A model generated the notes under the pieces. That model did no database searches and was not told the DNA's origin. It saw only the letters and a program-made list of their open reading frames with translations. This document shows, piece by piece, positions 1 through 9,777 of a stretch of DNA of 32,000 nucleotides. How positions within the stretch are numbered: the first letter of the stretch is position 1; every line of letters starts with the position of its first letter. Origin of the DNA: Acholeplasma laidlawii PG-8A (GTDB lineage Bacteria > Bacillota_I > Bacilli_A > Acholeplasmatales > Acholeplasmataceae); the NCBI RefSeq assembly GCF_000018785.1, contig NC_010163.1:450001-482000 (forward strand), given 5' to 3'. The translations under genes and the position numbers were made by a program.

Positions 1-269
1 TAGGTATGCCACATACTTTAGATACATCTGTGATGTTTCCAACGATGCTATATATTCGCTTAAAAAACGAAATAGACTATCAAGCAATCGATGGTTTACC
101 AGTAAAGGAAATATACGCAATTGCAATGCCAAACAGCTATCAAAAAGAGCATTTAGAGTTGATTAGCAAGATTGCTACTATCTATATAGATGAAACATCA
201 AAACAAGAAATTAGAGCACTAGATACAAAAGAAAGTATTCATAGTTTCATCTCTAAAAACTTAAAATAA
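1..269 (+). CDS. PTS EIIA (type-2, fructose/mannitol/Ntr-like) domain protein, C-terminal part; the gene starts upstream of the window
   Basis: The frame is open to the window edge (codon 3-5 GGT precedes MPH). G-x-PH resembles the phospho-His loop of EIIA-2 domains. The downstream pattern (DG.PV..I..IA.P......HLELISKIA) fits that family. Confidence 0.55.
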   Translation, partial: GMPHTLDTSVMFPTMLYIRLKNEIDYQAIDGLPVKEIYAIAMPNSYQKEHLELISKIATIYIDETSKQEIRALDTKESIHSFISKNLK

Positions 270-277
270 CACAAAGT

Positions 278-311
278 CCGCATAAATTATCGTTTATGCG
301 GTTTTATTTTT
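278..311 (+). terminator. Rho-independent terminator
   Basis: Perfect 9-bp stem ccgcataaa (278-286) / tttatgcgg (293-301), 6-nt loop, then a T-rich tail ttttatttttt. Confidence 0.8.
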
Positions 312-343
312 TATGGCATGTTAAAATAATTTTAGGTGATGAC

Positions 344-853
344 ATGAGAGTTGAAATTTGGTTTGACTTCAATCAAGAGAGTTTAGAAGTCATAAATAAT
401 TTAAATAATGCCTTTGAGCGCTTTAAACATTCTAAAGATGTGGATATCTTATTTAGATCTTTACCGCAAAAAGAAGAGCACTTTAAATACCATGAAATAT
501 TTCAGTATGGGAGAAAAAAAGGATTAAAACACAGTTATTTATGTACTGTTTTTGATTTATTTAAAAGTAAAACTGATTTGACAACTGGTTTAGAAAGCCG
601 TTTATCACCATATCATGTAGATATTAAAGATTTACAAACAAATTTAAAAGATCATAAGAGTTTAAGAATTGTTAAAAATCAATTAGAACATGCAGCACTT
701 CAAAAAATCGATACTGCTCCAACACTTACCTTTACCCATGGGTTTAGATTAGTGGGCGTTAGTTCTATTTCTGATATTGAACAAACCTTAATTAAGATGT
801 ATGAAAAGGACTCTGGAATTAAATACTGTATAGAAGAAGATTGTGAAAGATGA
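344..853 (+). CDS. DsbA/FrnE-like thioredoxin-fold protein lacking the CxxC motif
   Basis: The ORF track starts at 296, but that start lies inside the upstream terminator. ATG 344 is preceded by AGGTGA (334-339). The N-terminus MRVEIWFDFNQES aligns with the IEIWSDxxCPxC start of DsbA/FrnE-type proteins with the cysteines replaced. The family call is from memory only. Confidence 0.4.
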   Translation: MRVEIWFDFNQESLEVINNLNNAFERFKHSKDVDILFRSLPQKEEHFKYHEIFQYGRKKGLKHSYLCTVFDLFKSKTDLTTGLESRLSPYHVDIKDLQTNLKDHKSLRIVKNQLEHAALQKIDTAPTLTFTHGFRLVGVSSISDIEQTLIKMYEKDSGIKYCIEEDCER

Positions 854-873
854 TGTGAAAATCATCTTTTTTT
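846..873 (+). terminator. Rho-independent terminator
   Basis: Stem aaagatgat / atcatcttt with loop gtgaaa, followed by a T-run to 873. Confidence 0.7.
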
Positions 874-952
874 GTAAATATGCATAAAAATGAGTGGCAT
901 CATGGTATACTTGATAAGGTTCAAAAAACGAAAAAGAAATAAGGGATACTAA

Positions 953-2596
953 ATGGCAATTTTATTTAACGATTTACCAATATTAGATACAACAAAAGTA
1001 GCATTAGAAAAATTAGGTTTTACTGAAGCTACACCAATACAGGAACAAGCAATTCCAAAGATGATTTTAGGTTTAGACTTAATCGGTCAAGCTCAAACAG
1101 GAACAGGAAAGACATTTGCTTTTGGCATACCGATGGTCGAAAAAACTGATACATCCTTAAGACAAACTCAAGGTTTAATTTTAACTCCAACTAGAGAATT
1201 AACAAATCAAGTGTACAAAGAGATTATTAAATTAGTGAAGTTTTACCCAGAATTAAGAGTTACAACCATCGTTGGTGGTGAGTCCTATGAAAAACAATTC
1301 AAGGAACTAGACAGAAAACCACATATCATTGTTGCAACACCAGGACGTATTATTGATCATATCGATCGAGGTACAGTGGATTTATCACACATTACAACAC
1401 TTACATTAGATGAAGCTGATGAAATGTTAAAAATGGGTTTCCAAGATGATATCGAACGCATTCTACAAACAACACCAGAAACACGTCAAACTGTATTATT
1501 TTCTGCAACAATGCCAGCATTTATTAAAAAGATAGCTAAAAACTATCAAAAAAATCCTGAGCTTATTAAAATTGAAGCAAAAAGTTTAACAGTTGATCGT
1601 ATTACTCAAGCTTACTTCTTAGTTAAAGAAAAAGAAAAACAAAGTTTATTAGAACGTCTATTAGATTTTGAAAATCCATCAACTGCAATTATTTTTGTGA
1701 ATACAAAAGCAGGTGCGGATAGAATTACTGAAAGTTTACAAAAAGCAGGATTTACTGCGGATGCACTTCATGGTGACTTAAAACAATCACAACGTACATA
1801 CGTTATGAATCGTTTTAGAAGTAAACAACTATCTATCTTAGTAGCAACAGACGTTGCAGCTAGAGGGTTAGACGTTGATGATGTTGAAATTATTGTAAAC
1901 TATGATTTACCTCAACAAGATGAAATCTATGTTCACCGTATTGGCCGTACAGGTCGTGCTGGTAAAAAAGGTAAAGCATTCACATTTGTTACACCACTTA
2001 AACGTCGTATGTTAGATATGTTAGCTCACTACACTAAAGCAGATATTAAACGCTTAGAAGTGCCAACAGCTGATGATGTTTACAAAGAACAACTTAAAAC
2101 ATTTAAACATAAAATTAAAACTGAACTAGCAAATGAATATCCAAACCATTTAGAAGCTATTAAAGAATTATTAGTGGATGAAGGTTCTAAGGATCAACTA
2201 TTAAATTACTTACTAGACAGCATGCTGCCTACTAAAAAAACTTACGAAACAATTGAAATCATTCCTGAAAAAGCATCAAGAAGAAGTCAAGATGAAAGAG
2301 GAAATGACAAAGGTAGAAAAGATTCAAGATCATCAAGAGATGCTTCACCAGCTCGTGGCAGTGGCCAATATGTTGACTTCACTCTAAATATCGGTAAAGC
2401 AGATGGACTAACACCTCCGACACTATTTAAATTCATGGAAAAAGAATATGGTATCTTCTCTAAAAATATTGGCGATATTAGACACCATAAAAACGAAACA
2501 GTTTTCGGACTTAGAAAAGATTCTGTAAGACGTCTTAATGCAAAAAAAGAAGTGAATTATAAAGGTAGAAAAGTAGTTATCAAAACATTAAACTAA
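953..2596 (+). CDS. DEAD-box ATP-dependent RNA helicase (DeaD/CsdA-like, with a C-terminal DbpA-type RNA-binding domain)
   Basis: Q motif GFTEATPIQ, motif I AQTGTGKT, Ia PTRELT, II DEAD, III SAT, VI HRIGRTGRAG. An R/S/K-rich linker is followed by GQYVDFTLNIGKADGLTP..., typical of the DbpA RBD. Confidence 0.93.
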   Translation: MAILFNDLPILDTTKVALEKLGFTEATPIQEQAIPKMILGLDLIGQAQTGTGKTFAFGIPMVEKTDTSLRQTQGLILTPTRELTNQVYKEIIKLVKFYPELRVTTIVGGESYEKQFKELDRKPHIIVATPGRIIDHIDRGTVDLSHITTLTLDEADEMLKMGFQDDIERILQTTPETRQTVLFSATMPAFIKKIAKNYQKNPELIKIEAKSLTVDRITQAYFLVKEKEKQSLLERLLDFENPSTAIIFVNTKAGADRITESLQKAGFTADALHGDLKQSQRTYVMNRFRSKQLSILVATDVAARGLDVDDVEIIVNYDLPQQDEIYVHRIGRTGRAGKKGKAFTFVTPLKRRMLDMLAHYTKADIKRLEVPTADDVYKEQLKTFKHKIKTELANEYPNHLEAIKELLVDEGSKDQLLNYLLDSMLPTKKTYETIEIIPEKASRRSQDERGNDKGRKDSRSSRDASPARGSGQYVDFTLNIGKADGLTPPTLFKFMEKEYGIFSKNIGDIRHHKNETVFGLRKDSVRRLNAKKEVNYKGRKVVIKTLN

Positions 2597-2621
2597 ATAG
2601 CACATTCGTGCTATTTTTTTT
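2596..2621 (+). terminator. Rho-independent terminator
   Basis: Stem aatagcac / gtgctatt, loop attc, followed by T8. Confidence 0.8.
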
Positions 2622-2766
2622 GTTATACATATATCAGATGTGATTACCGAGGTATAAAAGACTGTTCATAATCAGGCCTTCTTTTAATGGATAATTAAAT
2701 ATTATAAGTACTTAGTAGTTATTATCACGAATTTATCATCAATTTAGTGAAATAATCATCAAAAAA

Positions 2767-2775
2767 TGATACAAT
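2767..2775 (+). promoter_or_regulatory. Candidate extended -10 (TGaTACAAT) for the SMC-like operon
   Basis: TG-n-TACAAT lies 32 nt upstream of the TTG start. There is no good -35. Confidence 0.35.
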
Positions 2776-2806
2776 AAGTAAGAAAAGGCAATAGGAGGAT
2801 TTAGTC

Positions 2807-4180
2807 TTGCATCTATTTGATAATATCCCTGATACACTATTTAATGTCTTATCTTCTCCAAACAAACATATATACGTAGACTGTCTGTTTATCATATATG
2901 ATGCCACCAACTCAATTGAAAATGCGTTTCAAGGTGAACGAGGCTATGTGATTGATAAGTTAGTTGACTATTTTGATGAACTTAAAGAAGATTTTCAGAT
3001 GGGGGATAGTGAAGTCACTACTTCACGTCAAAAGTCTGTTTCTGTCATTAATGTATTAAAGCAAAATGGTTGGTTAGGTGAAGAAGAACTAGGGGATTAT
3101 AAAACATCTTTAAATTTATTCGATTACTCCATCAAAATTATTGATTTACTTAAAAGAATTCAAATGGGTGAAGAAAACGAGTATACCGGTGAAATTTACA
3201 CCGTGTACTCTCTTTTGTCATCTTTTGATATTTTAGATGGTTTAACTATTGTAGAACAAGCATATCAAAAGATTGAAGATGTCTTAAGGAAACTTAAAAC
3301 TTTAAAAGCAAACATTTACCGTTTTTACTTTGATTTAGTTAAAAAGGATAGAAAAGATGATTTACAAAAAGTTTTAGAAAAACTACTTATAGACTATAAA
3401 ACAAACTTCTTTGATAGTGCATATTATCATTTAAAAACGACAGATTCACTACCGAGATATAAACGTAGTATTTTAGAAAATATATCCTATATTTACCAAA
3501 ATGAAGGTTTTATGGAAACTATGGCAGAACAAGCACTAACAAAAAGAAAAGCACTTCAATATAATGATGCATATAACTATGTTGAAGAACGTATTCGCTA
3601 TATAAAAGATTCTATTGATGCCATTGAGTATTTAATTGAAGGTATTGATAATAAAAATGAATTATACATTAATGCTGCAGCATCTAAGATTATGTTTTTA
3701 ACTAACACATCAGAGGACTTAGAAGGCTTAATGAATCGTTTATTTAAGATTATATTAAGCGATAAAAAGGTAGATTATAGTCAAATATTTAACCTTTTTA
3801 GAGCTAGAAACTTAGATGAAAACTCGCTTCAGACAGTTAGAAGGCCAAGAGTGGATGCTGTTGCAGAGGAAATTGACTATAACCAAGATATCTCTGATGA
3901 GGTTAAGGAACGTAAGATGGCAAGCCTACTTAAGGCAAACTTATTTTCTAAAAAAGAAATTAACAACTATGTCACTTACTTACTAGGCGATGCACCAAGA
4001 ATATTAGCAAGTCATATTGAATTAGAATCAAACGATGATTTTGTTAAACTGATCTTAATCTTCTTATTTAGTAAATCAACAGGTATGGTTTACGATGTTA
4101 GATTATTAAATTATGATACGAGAATTGGACATATTAAATTTACTGATTTTGAAATCTTTGTTAAAGGAAAAAGCTTATGA
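2807..4180 (+). CDS. jetA: JetA/MksF-like (kleisin-type) subunit of an SMC-like complex; assignment is by context
   Basis: TTG start 8 nt after AGGAGG (2793-2798). 457 aa. The stop overlaps the next start (ATGA at 4177-4180). Its position and size match the first gene of jetABC / mksFEB operons. I could not verify any diagnostic motif by eye. Confidence 0.5.
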   Translation: MHLFDNIPDTLFNVLSSPNKHIYVDCLFIIYDATNSIENAFQGERGYVIDKLVDYFDELKEDFQMGDSEVTTSRQKSVSVINVLKQNGWLGEEELGDYKTSLNLFDYSIKIIDLLKRIQMGEENEYTGEIYTVYSLLSSFDILDGLTIVEQAYQKIEDVLRKLKTLKANIYRFYFDLVKKDRKDDLQKVLEKLLIDYKTNFFDSAYYHLKTTDSLPRYKRSILENISYIYQNEGFMETMAEQALTKRKALQYNDAYNYVEERIRYIKDSIDAIEYLIEGIDNKNELYINAAASKIMFLTNTSEDLEGLMNRLFKIILSDKKVDYSQIFNLFRARNLDENSLQTVRRPRVDAVAEEIDYNQDISDEVKERKMASLLKANLFSKKEINNYVTYLLGDAPRILASHIELESNDDFVKLILIFLFSKSTGMVYDVRLLNYDTRIGHIKFTDFEIFVKGKSL

Positions 4181-4815
4181 TGAACAAAAACCAAGCAATT
4201 AAAAAACTAAGTGAAGAGTTTGTAGTCTTAAAAGAAGCAGAAAAAACTGTTTTTTCTAGAATTGTAAACAAATTACTTCAAGTGAACTTCATCACCAGAA
4301 AAAAGATTGCTGATGCAAATGATTACCGTTTTGTATTAGCATATAAGGAAATATTTGAAGCCTATTTTTGTTTATCAGATTTTGAACTTATTATTGAGCG
4401 ACATGAAGAAGTCTTATATATCAAAAATATATCAAACTTTAATCACTTAAGACTTAGAAAAGCTGAAAGTATTTTATTACTAATTATTAGAATGTTATAT
4501 CAATCGAAGATGAATGTCATTACTTTGGATGAAAACGTTGAAATATACTTAAGTGAGGTTCATGATGAACTCACTAAAGTAGGTTACCTAGATAACAAAC
4601 GTATGACTAAAGAAACATTAAAACCTAGTCTTCAATTACTTAAGAGCTATAACATCATTGATTATATGGATAGTAAATTAAATGATGATGCAAGAATTAA
4701 GATATATCCAACGATTTTATATGTCATTAGAACAGACAGCATCAAAGAATTATTAGATCACATAGACGACTATGTTAAAGGGGGTAATGTAAATGAAGAA
4801 GTTGACGAAGATTAA
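4177..4815 (+). CDS. jetB: JetB/MksE-like small subunit; assignment is by context
   Basis: 212 aa, translationally coupled on both sides. Size, position and general pattern (YRF....K..FE.YF......L......EVLYI......N.LRL.K.ESILLLI.R.LY) are consistent with DUF4194-type proteins as I remember them. Confidence 0.5.
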   Translation: MMNKNQAIKKLSEEFVVLKEAEKTVFSRIVNKLLQVNFITRKKIADANDYRFVLAYKEIFEAYFCLSDFELIIERHEEVLYIKNISNFNHLRLRKAESILLLIIRMLYQSKMNVITLDENVEIYLSEVHDELTKVGYLDNKRMTKETLKPSLQLLKSYNIIDYMDSKLNDDARIKIYPTILYVIRTDSIKELLDHIDDYVKGGNVNEEVDED

Positions 4816-7800
4816 ACTGATTAATTGGCATTTGTTTACAGACCAAACCATTAAAATAGATGGTAATACATTAATCTCTGGTGAAAACGGTGCTGGTAAA
4901 TCAACATTACTTGACGCCTTACAATATTTATTAGTCGGTGGAAAATCCGGTGCTAAATTTAATATTGCAGCAACTGATGATGCCAAACGTACCCTTGAGG
5001 GTTACGTTCGTGGTCGTATTGGTGCTGAAAATAAAGAATTTATCCGTTCAGGGGATGTTATCACTCATGTTGCATTAGAGTTTTATGATGAACAAAGTGA
5101 TGAATTTGGTATTATTGGTGCAGTCTTAGAGTTACCTAAAATGGGTAACTTAAAAGAAAGATTTTACTTACTAGAAAACTTAAATCTTCATGATGGTATT
5201 TTTATGGATAAAAATACGCCAAGAGATTACCGCTCCATGAAAGCATATTTAAAAACATTATCGATTGATTTTATACCGTTTGATTCACAACGTCAATACC
5301 GTGATGCACTTGCTAAATACTTTGGTATTGATGCTAAAAAATACTCAAAAATATTACCTAAAGCACTGGCTTTTAGACCGATTGATTTACAATCATTTGT
5401 TTTTGAATTCTTATTAGACGATGAACCCATTGATATTCAAAGTCTAAAAAATAATGTGACACAACTTAAACGAGTTGAAGGTCAAATTCGCTTAGACAAG
5501 GAAAAATTAGAAAAATTAGAAAAAATTATTACTTTGGGTGAGTCTCTTAATCAAAACCTAGATCAAATTACAACCAATGAGTTAATTGATCAAATGGCAT
5601 TTATTGAAAAAAGAGAAACCTTTTTAAATCATTCTGAAAATTTACTGGATAAAGTGAATGCTAAATATGAAGTACTAAAACGTCAAAAAGATGATTTAGA
5701 TAGACAAATAACATCGAATGATGAAACGATTTTAGAACTTGAGACATCACGTCAAAATGATGATATCACTCGTACCCTTTCAAACCTAAAAGAACAACTG
5801 CATGCTAAGGGAAACCAGTATAATGAACAAAAAGTGATTGTCAGTGATTTAAAAGCAACTCTAAATAGAGAACTTGATTTATATAGAGACTTTGTGAATT
5901 TAAATCCAAATACACATATCTCAGCATTCCTAAAATATTATTCTGGTCACGAGGAAAATTCAAATATTTTAGAATTAAGCAGTTACATTGAAGGTGCACA
6001 ATCTGCAGCAAGTGGTTATTTAAATGCTTTAAGTGTAGAAAAATCTGAACTTGAAAAAGAAAGAAATAATATCTTAAATGAATTAAGGATTGCTGAAAAC
6101 AGATTAAATGCACTAAAAAGAAATGTCAAAACATATCCTAGAAATGTCCAATCCTTAATGGATGCTATTAATACAGAACTATCAAATTATTATAAAAAAG
6201 ATGTACGTGTGCGTGCTTTTTCAGATCTAATTGAAGTTAAGGATGAAGCATGGCGTGATGCATTAGAGGGTTACCTAAATACAAGACGTTTTGACTTGAT
6301 TATTGATCCACTATACTTTAATGATGCACTTGAAGTCTATGACCGTGTTAAAAATGAATTATCTATTTACGGTGTAGGGTTAGTCAATACTGCTAAAATC
6401 GGTGAATATACAACATGCTTACCAAATTCACTTGCTGCTAAAGTAACAACAGATCATCCTTATGCTAGAAACTATGTCAACATGACCATGGGGTATGTTG
6501 TCACAGTTGATAATTTAAGTGATTTAAAAAATCATCAAAGATCAATTACTAAGTCTGCAATGACTTATGCTAACCACACAGCAAGACAAATCAATCCAAG
6601 TCAATATCAAGTACCTTACATTGGTAATTCATCGACACAACTTCAAGTAGAAATGGATACTAAGTTAGTAGGTGAACTGACAAGTGATCTTAAACGTGTA
6701 TCCAATTTACTTGAGAAAAACCAAATGTCACTCAGATTATTACAACAATCTAAATTAGGACATATTGTATCTTCTAATCAAATTAGATACTTTGATAATA
6801 TTAAACAAACAAGAAAAGAATACATTGAACTAGAACAAAAAGTAGCGAATTTATCAAGTAATCCTAAGATTGCTGAATTAGAGTCACAACTTGATGAAGA
6901 GCGTAACAAGAAACGTCAACTACGTCTAGATTTTGAAAAGTTAGCTGATCAAATGGCTGATTTACGTAGTGAAAAAACACGTATTCTTGAACAAATTGAA
7001 GAATCACGAGATGCATTATCCAATTATTTAAAGGAACAAAAAGAGTGGAATCAAAAATATCCAACACTTTTACCGATAGCTTATAACCAGTTTAACGCAT
7101 TAAAAGTGAGATATCAGTCAAATTATGACTTGATTTCTAGAGATTTAGCACAATCTACAATTCAAATTAAATCTCAAAATGCACGTGCAGAAGCTGATGT
7201 TGTAAACTTAATGCGTGCATATATTATAAACTATCACTTTGGTGCTGCACCAGATCTATCAGAGCTCATTGAATTTGAAAAAGAGTATGTCTTGATTAAA
7301 GACAATAATTTAATGAAGTATGAACAAGAAGCAATTGACTTAAGAAAAGCTTCTGAAACCGGATTTAGAGAAGAATTTGTAGGTAAACTAAGAGCATCAA
7401 TTGAATCCGCTCAAATTCAAATTGCAGAACTTAACCAGGCCTTAACTGGAAAGCACTTTGGTACAGATAGTTATGAGCTTGTTACAAAACCATCAGAGAA
7501 TCCAGAGTTTAGAACATACTATGATATCATTATGGACTCTGATGCGGTAGCTAAACATACCTTATTTACAGAAAACCTATCTAAACGTAAAGAAATTATA
7601 TTAATGGAGTTATTTAATAAGATTGCTTCATTTGATCCTGAAAATGATAAGTTTGCATTACAATTTTTAGATTACCGCTATTACATGAGTTATGATATTG
7701 AAGTCACAAACGAAAATGGTAACAAATCATACTTTAGTAAGGTAAGTAAAGAAAAATCTGGTGGTGAGACTCAGGTACCATTCTATATTGTTATTGCAGC

Positions 7801-8059
7801 AAGTTTCCAACAACTATTAAGTAAAAATAAACGTATTGATGCGGGTTGTATGGTATTATTTGACGAAGCATTTAACAACATGGATGAGTCTAGAATTGAT
7901 GCGATGATGAAGTTCTATAACTCATTAAGTATTCAATTATTTATCGCAGTGCCACCTCAAAGGGTAAGTAACATTGTAAACTATGTGACAACATCACTAG
8001 CGATAGTTAAAGATAACGATTTTGCAATTGTAGAGGCATTCAAAAGAGAGGTTATTTAA
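4793..8059 (+). CDS. jetC: JetC/MksB-like SMC-family ATPase
   Basis: SD AGGGGG upstream of ATG 4793. KLINWHLF...GENGAGKST Walker A (4880-4906), FNIAA..RTLEGYVRG, and long K/E/L/Q heptad-rich arms around a globular middle. C-terminal SGGETQ signature (7757-7774) and MVLFDEAF Walker B (7850-7873). 1088 aa. Confidence 0.8.
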   Translation: MKKLTKIKLINWHLFTDQTIKIDGNTLISGENGAGKSTLLDALQYLLVGGKSGAKFNIAATDDAKRTLEGYVRGRIGAENKEFIRSGDVITHVALEFYDEQSDEFGIIGAVLELPKMGNLKERFYLLENLNLHDGIFMDKNTPRDYRSMKAYLKTLSIDFIPFDSQRQYRDALAKYFGIDAKKYSKILPKALAFRPIDLQSFVFEFLLDDEPIDIQSLKNNVTQLKRVEGQIRLDKEKLEKLEKIITLGESLNQNLDQITTNELIDQMAFIEKRETFLNHSENLLDKVNAKYEVLKRQKDDLDRQITSNDETILELETSRQNDDITRTLSNLKEQLHAKGNQYNEQKVIVSDLKATLNRELDLYRDFVNLNPNTHISAFLKYYSGHEENSNILELSSYIEGAQSAASGYLNALSVEKSELEKERNNILNELRIAENRLNALKRNVKTYPRNVQSLMDAINTELSNYYKKDVRVRAFSDLIEVKDEAWRDALEGYLNTRRFDLIIDPLYFNDALEVYDRVKNELSIYGVGLVNTAKIGEYTTCLPNSLAAKVTTDHPYARNYVNMTMGYVVTVDNLSDLKNHQRSITKSAMTYANHTARQINPSQYQVPYIGNSSTQLQVEMDTKLVGELTSDLKRVSNLLEKNQMSLRLLQQSKLGHIVSSNQIRYFDNIKQTRKEYIELEQKVANLSSNPKIAELESQLDEERNKKRQLRLDFEKLADQMADLRSEKTRILEQIEESRDALSNYLKEQKEWNQKYPTLLPIAYNQFNALKVRYQSNYDLISRDLAQSTIQIKSQNARAEADVVNLMRAYIINYHFGAAPDLSELIEFEKEYVLIKDNNLMKYEQEAIDLRKASETGFREEFVGKLRASIESAQIQIAELNQALTGKHFGTDSYELVTKPSENPEFRTYYDIIMDSDAVAKHTLFTENLSKRKEIILMELFNKIASFDPENDKFALQFLDYRYYMSYDIEVTNENGNKSYFSKVSKEKSGGETQVPFYIVIAASFQQLLSKNKRIDAGCMVLFDEAFNNMDESRIDAMMKFYNSLSIQLFIAVPPQRVSNIVNYVTTSLAIVKDNDFAIVEAFKREVI

Positions 8060-8064
8060 CCCTA

Positions 8065-9777
8065 ATGACAAAACTTAAAGGTAATGGTGTATCCAGTGGT
8101 ATAGCAATTGCTAAGGTACATCAATTCAAACTAAATAACATGTTTGCAATGAATAAGTATGCAACCGACAAAGCATTTGAAATCAAGCGCTTAGGGGATG
8201 CACTTTATAAAGCAGATAAGGAACTTGAAAATCTAACCAAGCAAGCTGAAGAAAGAATTGGGGTTGAACATGCCCAAATCTTTAGTGCGCAACAAATGAT
8301 GATTAATGACCCTGAAATGATAAAAAATGCGCATGTTAAAATAAATGACTTTAATCTAGATGCTGCCTACGCATTTAAGCAAACTATGAGTGAAATGATA
8401 GATATGTTTGAGTTAAGTGATAATCCATACATTAAGGAACGTATCTCTGATTTAGAAGATATTTCAAATAGAGTATTACATATTTTAAGTGGAAAAACGC
8501 ATAGTCTTTATGTGTTTAATGAAGATGTGATACTTGTAGCAACAGACTTAGTCCCTTCAGAAACAATCAATTTAGACACAACTTTTATTAAAGGTATTGT
8601 CATTGAAAAAGGATCTAAAACAAGTCACTCAGCAATTCTTGCACGTAATTTAGGTATTCCTGCAATTACGGGTGTTGATGTAAGTAAAATACATCACGAC
8701 ACACTTGCAATCATTGATGGACACACAGGGGATATTTTATTAGAACCTAGTGAAGATACCATCAAAACATACCAAACTAAACAGCAAGAAGCACTTAAAT
8801 TACAATCAACGTATGAAACAATAAAAGACCTTAAAACAGCAACCATAGACAATCATGAAGTCCATTTAGCTGCAAACATTGGTGTTGATTTAGACATTCA
8901 AGAAGCACTAGATGCTAATGCTTCAGGTATTGGTTTATTACGTACAGAAAACCAGTATTTAGAATCTGATGATTTTCCAACCGAAGATGAACTATTTATC
9001 TTCTATGAAAAGGTAGCAACATCATTTGAAACTAATGAAGTCACTATTAGAACGCTTGATATTGGTGGCGATAAAAACTTAAGTTACCTCAATATGCGTA
9101 AAGAATTAAACCCATTTTTAGGTAATAGAGCAATCAGATATAGCCTAAGTTATCCATCATTATTTAAAACTCAGCTTCGTGCTATCTTACGTGCTAATAC
9201 ACATCAAAATATTAAAGTCATGTTTCCAATGATTTCAACTTTAAAAGAACTCATGGATGCGAAGAAGATACTAGATGAAACTTATCAAGCATTAAAGATT
9301 GAAGGACATGAAGTAAATTATCCAAAGATTGGTATGATGGTTGAAGTACCATCCGCTGCACTTGGTATAGAAAAGTTTTTACCACATATTGATTTCATCA
9401 GTATTGGAACCAATGACCTGATTCAATACATGTTTGCAGCAGATAGAATGAATGAACGTGTAGCATATCTTTATCAACCATATAATCCAATTCTTTTGTC
9501 CACCATCAAATCTATGATTGACAAGACTAATAAGCATGGTATAATAGTTAGCGTGTGCGGTGAAATGGCTGGCCATAAAGCTCAAAGTTTACTACTTATT
9601 GGCTTAGGTATCAAACATTTAAGCATGCATGCAAACTTAATTTTAGAAAACAAATACTTGATTTCTAAAACAACTTATAAGGCACTAGAAGAAATTGCCG
9701 AAAAAGCATTATTACTAGATCACCCTTACGAAGTTGAAGCACTTATAAATACATATATTAAAGGACTTAAATATTAA
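8065..9777 (+). CDS. ptsI: Phosphoenolpyruvate-protein phosphotransferase (PTS Enzyme I)
   Basis: GSKTSHSAILARNLGIPAITG (phospho-His), RTLDIGGDK, NPFLGNRAIR, MFPMI, MMVEVPSAA, SIGTNDLIQY, VCGEMAG (catalytic Cys). 570 aa. Confidence 0.95.
   Translation: MTKLKGNGVSSGIAIAKVHQFKLNNMFAMNKYATDKAFEIKRLGDALYKADKELENLTKQAEERIGVEHAQIFSAQQMMINDPEMIKNAHVKINDFNLDAAYAFKQTMSEMIDMFELSDNPYIKERISDLEDISNRVLHILSGKTHSLYVFNEDVILVATDLVPSETINLDTTFIKGIVIEKGSKTSHSAILARNLGIPAITGVDVSKIHHDTLAIIDGHTGDILLEPSEDTIKTYQTKQQEALKLQSTYETIKDLKTATIDNHEVHLAANIGVDLDIQEALDANASGIGLLRTENQYLESDDFPTEDELFIFYEKVATSFETNEVTIRTLDIGGDKNLSYLNMRKELNPFLGNRAIRYSLSYPSLFKTQLRAILRANTHQNIKVMFPMISTLKELMDAKKILDETYQALKIEGHEVNYPKIGMMVEVPSAALGIEKFLPHIDFISIGTNDLIQYMFAADRMNERVAYLYQPYNPILLSTIKSMIDKTNKHGIIVSVCGEMAGHKAQSLLLIGLGIKHLSMHANLILENKYLISKTTYKALEEIAEKALLLDHPYEVEALINTYIKGLKY

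Noticed and set aside
296-343. The ORF-track start at 296 for the DsbA-like gene
   Set aside because: Codons 296-343 overlap the 3' arm and T-tail of the upstream terminator (278-311) and have no SD. ATG 344, with AGGTGA upstream, is the credible start.
2725-2910. A 61-aa minus-strand ORF overlapping the jetA 5' end, plus the other short antisense ORFs in the track (4753-4986, 5841-6113, 6864-7067, 9379-9585, 12326-12526, 15760-16032, 16674-16865, 21201-21392, 21946-22146, 22819-23037, 23311-23499, 24638-24829, 25892-26074, 26237-26494, 26627-26896, 27695-27916, 28202-28390, 29189-29410)
   Set aside because: All lie antisense inside long, motif-supported genes. They lack an SD and have low-complexity or odd composition. 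These are typical shadow ORFs of AT-rich DNA.
8065-9777. The ptsI-like gene as a divergent PEP-utilising effector replacing JetD
   Set aside because: All canonical Enzyme I motifs and the standard length are present (phospho-His TSHSAI, RTLDIGGDK, NPFLGNRAIR, catalytic CGEMAG). It looks like the housekeeping EI. Only its operon context is unusual.
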